Source: the human T2T-CHM13v2.0 reference genome, Homo sapiens
Assembly (NCBI RefSeq): GCF_009914755.1
Contig: NC_060931.1
DNA length: 64,000 nt
Direction: 5' to 3' (one strand)
Shown in pieces: positions 53,061-64,000 of the stretch. The notes below the pieces were generated by a model. It saw only the letters and a program-made list of their open reading frames with translations, made no database searches and was not told the DNA's origin. Made by a program: the position numbers and the translations under genes. Every line of letters begins with the position of its first letter. The first letter of the stretch is position 1.

Positions 53061-55779
53061 AAAAAGAAAATGTTCAGAATGCATAAAGAAAAATGATAAC
53101 TGCTTTCTTTCTACCCCCATCCTACTGTCCTGATGTAAACATTAACAAATGCCTGCCATGTTATGTTTGCACATTGTTCTTAAGTTCATACACACATTGA
53201 TTCATTTATTTAAACTTATTTTGAATTACCAGAATATTATAATTGTGTTTTTTTAAAAATTGGATCATTCGATACATAATATTCTATTATTTATACTTTC
53301 TGTATTTTTCACTGATTATATATATATATTTACATGTGTATATATACACATAATAGTTGATGGATATCTCTGCTGCTAGAGAATAAGTCCTATCGTTTCT
53401 GCTTTTGTAACATCATAAGCTAATGATTTTCTCCTGCAATTTTCTGTCTTCATGTTTGATCTCTTTACTTACTGTTTCACTAATCTTTCATTCTTAACCT
53501 TGAAGTCGTTATGTGTTGATTATATCTTCATTAACAAGCATTTGCTAAGCCCCTTTTATTGGCTAGGTGCTGAAAGTAGAGAAAAGTATGCAGATGTGTA
53601 TCTGCCGTCTTGGAACTTACATTCTTGTTATTGTCAGACCGTACTTCCATTTGATCTTTCAGAACATCAATTCAGAGTTTAACAGTGGCATTCTATTTTT
53701 AAGTTCATTTAATCTGTTCATTTAAAAAGCATGTTTTTATTTTCTTTTCAATTCAGGAAACATTTTTGCATTGTAATTTTATGCCATTGGAAATTTTTTA
53801 TTATATTTTGCATAAGTTTTTTTTCTATTCTTTCCACTGGTTATAATTCAATAGGAGCAACCGATTTCATATTTTTAGCTGCATCTTCCTACCTCCATTT
53901 ACTCATCCTCCTTCAATGAACTGATTCAGTAAAATTTTTCTTTAATTATACTTTATCTTGTATACTTTCAACAGCTGTTAAGACAGGTTATGGGATCATT
54001 TGGGTAATACCAAACCAGTAGCTAATGGGTGCTGTGGCAGTATCTGCCTGAGATAAAAACCACTTGGTAAAGTGTTACCCAATAGCAGAGATACAGAGAG
54101 AAGCTCACTCATCTTCCTTGGGCTTCAGGGTAGGGAATGTGGCCTTCTTCTTTGCTACAACGTCCTGAGCTCTTACCTAATGCCAGCAGATGAATTCCTT
54201 CACTTGCACTCTCCTCTGGAGCTCTTGGTTAAAATCATGGCCATGAAGCATAGTCTAAGAGTGTGCTTCAGTTTTGTTTTTGTTTTTGTTTTTAACTTAG
54301 AAAGACAGGGTGAAGTGACAGTATTTCAGGAACGCGAGTTCATTATCTTGCCATATTCCATTTATTGCACCTTTCTTCCCCTGACCCACAATACTGTTCT
54401 TTCTTTCCTGTACATAGAAAAAAACATTAAGGCAAAGTGATATGAGCTAGCAAAATAATATGATACATTTTTAAACCACAGTGCTCTAAAATCTGTGATT
54501 TGATTGATATAGATAATTTTCATTGAATGTATCCACTAATTGTGGTTTAGTGTTTTCCCCTGTTGTATATAATTTAAGACTTTTACTTTAAACATTTATT
54601 TTAAAAAAAAGCACCGAAGAGCAAAGTCAGGAATCCTAGCTTATTCCCAGGAGCCACATCTTTAATAATATAATTTGTGAAAGCGTATCTCTGCATATTT
54701 GTGAGAGCAGCCTTGCATGTGTACAGCTTAAGGCAAGATGCCAACTGATACTTCAATGTATTATTTTCACATTAGCACAGATCACAGCTGGCAGAAATGT
54801 ATTGGCTTTTTAGACTTTTTTTTTGAGGTCTTCGTACCAGTTAGATAATAAAATGTGCAGATTTAAAGAACCAGGTTGGGTTATAAAAACTGAAAGCAAA
54901 ATGTCATTTCATGATGAATGAGAAAATTCGGCTGAAACTTTCCTCCTTTAGGGGTTTGTTCTAGTAAAAACTGAGCACAACTAAATGATGGTTGTTGCTC
55001 AAAGGAATATTTTCATATACAATAGACAACATCATCCTCCCTGCTTGTGTTTTCAATAACCATTGCATTTTACATGACCTAAATATTAAAATATGCTAAA
55101 ATTTACTCTAACCCTCAGAGAACAAAATTTCCTATTTTCTGTTTTTAACTTTTGCATCGGTGTGAGCTGCAAGCTATAGGCCCTTTACTCAGAGAAGAAA
55201 CCTCCTTCCATCAAGAGAATAATGGTAAAATTTTATAATTTTATAATTTAATTCATATCACCAATTTTAAATAAATTGCATAATTTATTACATGCACATA
55301 AAATGTATTTTACACCCTAGTGTGAGTTTGTTCTACATGGAAATAGAAGGCCAGAGACTAATTTATGATTTTAAGGGCTAGAAACAATAGAACTTTTAAA
55401 TAGTAAACATGCAAACTAAGCAATATGAACTACACAATGAGAACATGAGATAAACAGTTAATATTTTGCTTCTAACTTGAGTGCATAGGCAAATCGAAAG
55501 AGGACGTCTGGAGAAAAGTACCAAATGATTGATTCATTCTCCAGTATGCACCTGGAAGAACTCATATTACAGGTAGATGTTTACTTAACATTTGCAACTC
55601 GTGGTGATAATAGGCTTGCTACACAGTTTTCGGCAATGCCCACTCTTGATGTATTATATTGCAAGCAATTAGTAACAGCTACTGGGTCTTAATTTTATAT
55701 GAAATATTATTATATTATTTTGAATGGTTAGTTTATAACATTATTATGATTGTTTATTGTTTAATTCTCTTTTTAAAAT

Positions 55780-55915
55780 CGTTTTATTGATATATGATTG
55801 ACATATAAAACCTGTACATGTTTTATGTATACAACTTGATGTGTTTAGAGGAAAGTATACACCCATGAAACCATCACGATCTGCACCATAAAACTGTTTA
55901 TTACCTCCAAAACTT
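55780..55915 (-). mobile_element. L1MA9/L1MB-like 3' end fragment
   Basis: ttttattgatatatgattgacatataaaacctgtacat...tatacacccatgaaaccatcac. Confidence 0.75.
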
Positions 55916-56671
55916 TTATATTTATATTTGTTTTTATCTTGTTTTTGTACACTTATATTTATATTTTAGATTTGATTGAATATTCAAATAAACAAAAAAA
56001 TTAGACACTTCATTCTGAGAGTGTAATGAATTACACATTCACATACAAGTACACACACACACACAAACATCAAAGCAAAATAAACTAAAAATATTAAAAA
56101 TAACATTGAAATATAAATTCCACTTTTCTTCCCATTATTTTCTCATAATCTTTTTGAACTTTTTGATTCATCTAACAAATGGAAAATTATTTACTTCCTC
56201 CACATGCTGTAAAAAATACAAACTATTTCACACACCGTAAAATACATTTGTAACAAATGCTTTTCACACCCTCTTGAGAGGCTACTTGCCTTTAATGGTA
56301 GTAATTGAATTACACTGGACTGAACTAATTTTATTGGGGCAGGTGGGAATGATGAGACCAGCCTAAAGCTACAATTGAATAACAAATCTTTCCTAACATT
56401 TTAACTTTTGATTTAAAAACTGTGCTGTATCAGTACCATTAGTTTTTCTTCATTTTAGAAACCATGTAATCATTTGAGTTTATGACTGCAACTGTTCCCA
56501 GCTGTGTTGTACAAATACATTAACTGAGAATGTGAAATGTAAAAACAAATCTCATCTTATTCAGTGCTATTAAATAAATTAATACTAGAATGAAACTGTA
56601 TCATCGTCAAACATGTGGAAAACAAAGGCTCTGAATGTGAAGAAATTCAATCTAAATCTGGACTACCATAA

Positions 56672-56995
<324 letters not shown>

Positions 56996-57030
56996 CAGGA
57001 CTACCATAATTTCTATTATTTCACTTAAAA

Positions 57031-57295
57031 TGGGAAGCCAAGGCGGGTGGATTACCTGAGGTAAGGAGTTCGAGGCCAGCTTGACCGACATGGTGAAACC
57101 CCCGTCTCTACTAAAAATATAACAAAATTAGCGGGGTGTAGTGGTGGGTGCATGTAATCCCAGCTACTTGGAGGCTAAGACAGGATAATCGCCTGAACCT
57201 GGGAGGCGGAGGTTGCAGTGAGCTGAGTCTGGGTGACAGAGCAAGACAGTGTCTCAAAAATAAATAAATAAATAAATACATACATACATAAATAA
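57031..57295 (+). mobile_element. AluS-type SINE, 5'-truncated, with internal deletion
   Basis: Starts tgggaagccaaggcgggtgg; ~22 nt missing at gagctgag|tctgggtgac; (taaa)n(taca)n tail. Confidence 0.93.
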
Positions 57296-57839
57296 AGTGA
57301 TAGATTATAGTAGACAACACATTATTTGCATTAAGAAACTAAATTTTACCTTCATGTTTAGTAGAAATGCAGATTCTATAGATATATAAAATATGTTTTA
57401 ATATAATGTAACACCATATATGATCTAGTGTAGTATTATAAAAATGATTAATTTCAATGGAGAAAATAAGATTTCTTCGAGATAACAAGGAGAAAAGATG
57501 AATCTATTGATAACCAGTTATTTGTACTAAGCACTTTTCTACAGATACCCAAGTGCAAGACATATGTCTTAAGTGTCTTATTGTTTGAGGGATCAGCAAA
57601 GTGGTATAACTCTCATCATGATTGAAATAACTGAGAAAAACAGTTTGGGTCTAGGTTAATAGGCAAAACATTGACTCGACCTAAAGACTAATATTTAAAA
57701 TTATGTATAGTAGAAAATGTACATTCAATGTAATACTTATATGCTCAACTTATTTTGACATGCTTCAACTGCAAATCCTATATTTCCATCCATTAAATTA
57801 TATGAATAACTAAATATGTGGTTTATTTTAAAAAATCAG

Positions 57840-58105
<266 letters not shown>

Positions 58106-59449
58106 TTAGGTTTCATCTCTTCTGTGTGTTTTTCATACTTCCTCTGTTCCGTAATACACAGCTAAAAGTGTTCCTTGTATCCTCCCAATCTTGCCTGCTT
58201 GCTTCTCCTTGGCTCACGTGCTCCTAGTTTGTACTCTCTTTCAGTTTCATAATTTGCCTCTTTCAGGTCTGTTGGAACTTTTCTCCAGATTTAGTTACTT
58301 TCTGCAACTTCCACCCCACATACAACTATTAATCTTGTGCACTTTAAATAAGATTGAAAAAAAATCCAATGCACCATTCATCAGGACATGGCCCTCATCA
58401 CAGTAAACATGGGTAAAAAGTGCAAATTGTCAGAACCTAGGCACTTTGGGCAACCTATATAGCATGTAACATTGATACTTAACCTTCTTAACAGAAAAAC
58501 TTGGTTTAGATGACTCCTCTAATAGGACTTTACAATTTGTCTCAGGCTGATCAATTTGTATAAGGCTGATTAACTAAAGAAAAAAAAACCCATTAAATTT
58601 CCAGAAGTTCAAAAAGGAAATGCTGAACTATTTGCATTTTAAGAGGTCTCAAAAATATTCAATAGCTCTTCCCCAATCAGCAACATTAAGTCTATGTTTA
58701 TAAAGAGACAGGAAGTTGATCCGAAAAAGCAAGTGAGAATTTCCTTGAAGATAATTGTCAGATTGGTTTATGTGTCCCCAGCACTCTTTGGGGAAATGAT
58801 GCCCTTCAATGGAGTAACCCCTCTTGAAGTGTGAAGGTATCTACTAGGAGTGCAAAATAACACTCAACCCTTGAAGAGATGATTACTGATCTGTAAAATA
58901 GCTGAATCCAACATGCATTGCTACAAGAATGAAATGGTTGAAAAAAGTTTCCAAAATAAATTGTTCTAGATCTCGTGAACTTAGAAGGCATAAAGTCACC
59001 ATTTTCGGAATCTTGTTGGAAAAACCAAAGAACTAGAATTGGCTGAAGCGATTTGTGACAGCAGAGAAAAGAGATGCAGTGAGAGCACCTTGCACTGCTA
59101 GAACTGGGACAAAGATGTAAGTGTAGGAAATAAATCTATTTGAAATACCCATTCCAAAGAGAACCACGCATTGGGGTAAAGAGGCTCCAGAAATAGATAG
59201 CGTTGTATTCTGCCTACGGCTGAAGGAATCCCACACATTTGCTAATCTATTTACGCTTGATCCCTTCAATACAGTGAGTTGTAGGAACCTTAAAGAATCT
59301 CACAGGTAAATCCAAATTTTAGTAACAAAAAGCAAAATCAATGGTAAAAAAAATTCTACAAATTAATGGAAAATGTTTAAAGCTTAAAATAATTTGAGAT
59401 ATTATGATATTCATTTCCAGTAACAAAAAGTGTGTTTTAAAAAGTGATG

Positions 59450-59633
59450 TGTGCTATACTTGGATGAGAATCATGGTCAGTGGTGGAGGCAAGATATGGA
59501 TGAAAGTGCCTCTTAAATACATAGGTACCAATGTCACACCACAGGCTTTGAATCAGAATCTCTGTGTGCTGAGCTCAGCAGTTTCACATGTTGCTTAAAT
59601 GGTGCTTATCCACAAAAATATTAAGAATCACTG
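59450..59633. mobile_element. MER5-like hAT-Charlie MITE
   Basis: tgaatcagaatctctg...ttaagaatcactg terminal motif. Confidence 0.5.
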
Positions 59634-60113
59634 GACCAAATCATAAGGAATAAAAAAGTAACATAAAGGAAAAAAAATCAACTTGAGACAAATAAAAGAC
59701 ACGTACTGTTCCTCTGAAGTATCTTTATCTAGGTCCTTATGTCTTTTCAATATCTTTCCTTGTATTTATATACTCTATGGAAAACAGTACCATAATAATT
59801 TTCATACTAAAAGGGAACACAAAGGCAAATGTTCAGGATATCTGAAATGATTTTCTGTCTGTTTTCAAATTGAGATTTTTGTTTTACTTAATCACTAAAA
59901 GAGCAGTAGTTTGTTTAATTTGCTATTCTTAATTGCATTAAATATTAATAATTTAATTATAAACCAAATGAACTGAAAGTTAGTTTGGCTATTTGAAAAA
60001 CCACAAAATACGGTAATGCCACAGTTCAGTAATTTTGGCTTTATGTAATTGAATTATATGTCCTATTCTATTTGAAATTAAACACTGTATAAAAACTTAA
60101 CAGATTTTTCTTG

Positions 60114-61396
60114 TGTTACAGGTTGAATTAGATCACCCTGAGATGGAAGATTTCTCTTGATCCCTTTGTGGGACTTGCTACAGGGGTATAGCTTGCTTAC
60201 TCTGCCACTGCTTTCAAACCCCTTGTGGGATGGGGAGCATGCAGGCAAGTGAGTGCCGGGGCCAGGGCGAGCACTTTTGGGCTCCAGCCCCAAGGCAGCA
60301 TCTAGGAGTGTGTTACAATGAATGCTCTTTTAGCAGTTGCTGTCCGTGGACGGCTAGGTGTTAACCAGCTCAGTGAAGAATCAGGGTGATGACAGCCTTT
60401 TATACCCTATCCTCTTGGTACCCGGGTTCTTCTTTGACATCCCGGAAGAATCAGGTCTTATGAACTGTTTGAAAGGTGATGAATGCAGAGGATTTTATTA
60501 AGTGGTGGAAGTAGCTCTCAGTATAAGGGGAGCTGGAGAGGGGATGGTCCTGGAAGAAGGTGACCTTTCCCTGAAGCCCAGCAGGACAGGGCTGAGCTCC
60601 TCTCCGAAGCTGTGCTATCTGAGGTTAAGCCGCGTCTATCTGTGGTCTCCAATGCTCAGTTGCTTCTTCTCCTGTTAATAGTCAGGTGCTTCATCTCTTC
60701 TCTCCTTCTCTGCTGCACTGCTCTGCTCCTCTGTCAGGAGCTTGGGGTTTTTTGGGGTATAGGATAGGCGTGGCAGGCCAAAAGGCGACATTCTGGCAGG
60801 AAAACAGGAATGTGAAGTTTCCATTTAGGGCCACGGGTTCAGGGGTTCAGGCTTGAGGGTGGAACCCTTGTCAGGGACTCCACCCTCTTCTACCCAGTAT
60901 TTCCCTGCCTCCTGTTTGTATCACCCCCAAAGATGCTGAAATCCTAACCCCTAGGATTTTCATATTTTGAAATAATATGACCTGATATGAAAACAGGATT
61001 GTTACAGATGTAATTAGTTAAGATGGATCATACTGGAGTAAGATGGACCCTTAATACAAAATGACTAGTGTTCCCTATAAGAAGACAAGAAACACAGACA
61101 TGGAGATCCAAAGAGAAAATAAGTCCATATGACCATGAGGATGGATATTAGAATGATGCATCTCCAAAACAAGCAACTCCAAGGATTGCCAGAGAAAAAA
61201 CAAACAAACAAACCAACAAACAGAATCTTGAAGAGGAAGGGAAGCATTCTCTCCCACAGATTTCGGAGAGAACATGGCCTTGCTGTCATCTTGATTTTGA
61301 ACTTCTAGACTACAGCACTGTCAGAAGGGAAATTTCTGCTGTTTTATATCACCAGTTTGTAGCACTTTGTTATGGCAGCTCTAAAAAATATATTCA
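60114..61396 (+). mobile_element. MLT1C-like MaLR LTR split by an ERV1 LTR
   Basis: tgttacaggttgaatt...ccc [LTR] caaagatgctgaaatcctaacccc...ccaaggattgccag...aatttctgctgtttta...ctttgttatggcagc. Confidence 0.85.
60139..60923 (-). mobile_element. ERV1 solo LTR, LTR27/LTR28-like
   Basis: Minus strand begins tgatacaaacaggaggcagggaaatactgggtagaagaggg...ccaccctcaagcctg and ends ccatctca; 785 bp; near-TSD accc/cccc. Confidence 0.82.
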
Positions 61397-63009
61397 CTTC
61401 GTATAATTACATATGGTAATAACTCAAATAAATGAAATATTTTGTTCAAATGGAAACTTACAAATTTATTTTCACAGGAGGAAAAGATGCTAATATTTGA
61501 ATTTGCATAAATGTTTAACTATTGTAGATATATTAGCACAATGAGTAACAGAGAACTCTATATTGAAAATTTTGGTAAGTTTATTAAATATACCTTTGAC
61601 CTTCCACAAGTATGCTCAGGATGCTAATATTAGAAAAATAATATATTTTTTTAATATTGAAAAGAAGATTTATGGATACAGTTATCAAAGGTAGTTGACA
61701 GAAGATACCTTAGAAATTGAAGTGATTGGTCTAAATAGAAATATGTCTGATATGTTAACTGTTTTCTTAAGTTACTCAGGTATTGCGTATTTTTATTTTC
61801 TTTTTGCACATTTTAAAGTATTGACTTGAGGAGGGACTTACTTTGATTCCTGACTACAATTTCATAAAAATAACTGTTCAGAAAAAGAAATTCAAAGCAG
61901 CATTCATTCTGACTCCTAAGAAAGAATATATTTAGTGTCCCTCAGGGGGCCGTAGTTTCAATGAAATTGCTAAGTAAATGATATAGGAATATGGAACAAA
62001 GCTGAAGAGGAACAAAATCTTTAGATTTTAAACCATACATATTATGGTACAATTAATGAGAGAGGGCCAAAGGGGGAAAAATTATATGATCTACAGAAGA
62101 GAAGACTATGCAGTCTACTGTCATGAGAACAGACATAAGAAACTATACCATTGTAAGTTCTGGGAAAACAATGGTGTTGAAACGTTAATCCTATATCCAA
62201 ATAAAGGTGTCAATCATGAGTTAGGACAGTTAAAATAATTTTATATATGGGATATCTTAAATTATTTCCTAATCCTGCATTCTGATATAACAACTCTTCA
62301 CACTTACAAAATTATCTCAGCAACAGAAACAAACAAAATAAGAAAGAAAGACATGGATTTCATGAGAAGAACTAATCTGAGAATGTAATAATAAGAAACT
62401 AAAGGATTAAGGTAGACATTTGACCCAAAAAGCTACCTATCAAAATTAGAACTATAACCAATGAGCTTCTAAAGAAAATGAATCTGCACATAGACAAAAG
62501 GAAATTCCAGTCAACAAATATTTGCTTAAGGCCCTAAATGCTTTTGTAATATTATTAAAAATATTTTGAAATAGTTACTATAAATCCCAAGAAAAATATC
62601 AATCAAAACAAAAACGTCACAGTTTAAAAACTTGACACAATTTTGAAAATGTCTTAGGTTGTAAGAATAAAGTCAATTTGATTTTAATGTTTGGGCCATT
62701 CTCTCTTTAACATCACACGTTTTAGGATCATTATTATTGCCATAATCCAACCACATCATTTTATATTTTACAGTGAGTAACAGTTACATGATTGAACTTG
62801 AAAGCCTCCTAAGAGCTCCCAATGCAGTTGGGACATTATAGGCCAAGGTCCTAATATAAGAAAGGACAATTACTGTGATTATCCCAGTATTTTAAGCTGT
62901 TTTCCAGTTTACCAGTTTACAAGGAAAATATGGCACATAACTTAAGAGCTAAGAAGAAAATTGCAGAGAATAGGCATTAAGAAAGATTTTGGTAATTTTA
63001 TGGGACTGA

Positions 63010-63960
63010 GAAAATAATTTAGAGTTCTGAGATGGCAAAGTCATCATGACTTGGGGAATCAGAGACCCTAAAATATATGAAGCCCAGAGAAGTAAGCCTC
63101 GTACTGTGCTGCTCTCATTGAGCCATTTGCACACATATGCCTGATGCTGGGGGAGAGGATCAAAAGACCTGCAGAAACCTTCATGTGCAGAGAGTAGGGA
63201 AGTGTCATGTTCCTAGGAATAAAAAATATTTGAATTTAGGAACTTTGGAGGATATAGAGATCTTGTCAACATTCCAGACCCTAACCTGGTCTAGGGATAT
63301 AGCCTAGGATTAAGAGGAAATCAGAAAAAGTTCTAAAAATGCAGCCTTAATCAGTTTAATTTCTGATTGGATTTAAGGCAATCTGCATCAAAATTTATTG
63401 ACAACCATAAGCTGTTATTTCAGATTATGACTAAAATAAAATAATATTTCATCAGGATTCCCAGATGTAAATAAGATTATATAAAACTTTTTAAAATTTT
63501 TCAAATCAAATATTTGGCATTCCATGAAAAATCACCATGCATACAAATCACCATGTATCAAAATTCTGTTGATTCTGCAGAATAAAGAAAAATAACTTAA
63601 AAATAGTCATTCAAATACAAATTTTTAAAAAGAGCTGTAATTATTATGTTCAGCAAAGTATGTGATTCTGGGAAACTAGAGTTCCAGAGAACTAAAATCT
63701 GTAAAAAGTGCAATGGCAATTCTGGTGCTGAACAATATAGTAGTTGAAATAAAGAGCTCAGTAGAAGAATTTAACACTAGAGAGGACAGAATTGAAAAAG
63801 ACAAATAGTATATTGAAAGACAGGTTACTAGAAAATATGTTTACAGTTAAGTGAATAATTGCAAACCTAATGAAAACATTATCTTCTATGAGAAACTCTA
63901 AGGCTTACTGTTGACTTTCAAAAGAAAGAAAGAAAGCCAAAAGAAAACATAATGACATAT
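63010..63960 (+). mobile_element. Old L1 (L1ME-like) 5'/ORF1-region fragment
   Basis: gaagcccagagaagtaagcc; gcaattctggtgctgaacaatatagtagttgaaataaagagctcagtagaagaatttaacactaga resembles decayed ORF1. Confidence 0.6.
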
Positions 63961-64000
63961 TTATAGGTTGGAAAGAAAATAATCATTAACCTTGAAATTT

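Noticed and set aside
58680-59290. Possible lncRNA exon (donor-like aaagat/gtaagt near 59116)
   Set aside because: Isolated splice-like motifs are common; there is no clear acceptor, ORF or expression evidence in the sequence alone

Overview
AT-rich, CpG-poor primate (very likely human) non-coding DNA, intergenic or deep intronic. I found no supportable protein-coding exon, RNA gene or CpG-island promoter. The ORF track is explained by Alu/L1/LTR read-through, low complexity or chance, and only decayed L1 ORF2 fragments resemble real proteins. Much of the window is interspersed repeat: about 14 Alu copies or fragments, old L1s (including a ~5.2 kb L1MA with a twin-priming inversion), L2/MIR, MaLR LTRs (MLT1, MST, THE1), MLT2, LTR33, ERV1-class and HERV-K-class LTRs (MER50-like, LTR1-like, LTR27-like, MER11) and DNA-transposon MITEs (MER2, MER6B, MER5). 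Subfamily names are by recognition from memory and need RepeatMasker/Dfam confirmation. I cannot support a new biological system here. The most notable signals are mutational-mechanism footprints: (1) a 183-bp, ~98%-identical inverted repeat made of an old L1 3' end, (2) a tiny TSD-flanked, polyadenylated retrocopy of an MST-LTR-terminated transcript, (3) a ~150-bp unique-sequence duplication fused to an Alu tail 4 kb from its twin, (4) templated-filler and fold-back insertions, and (5) a small CpG-retaining unique segment that may be regulatory.
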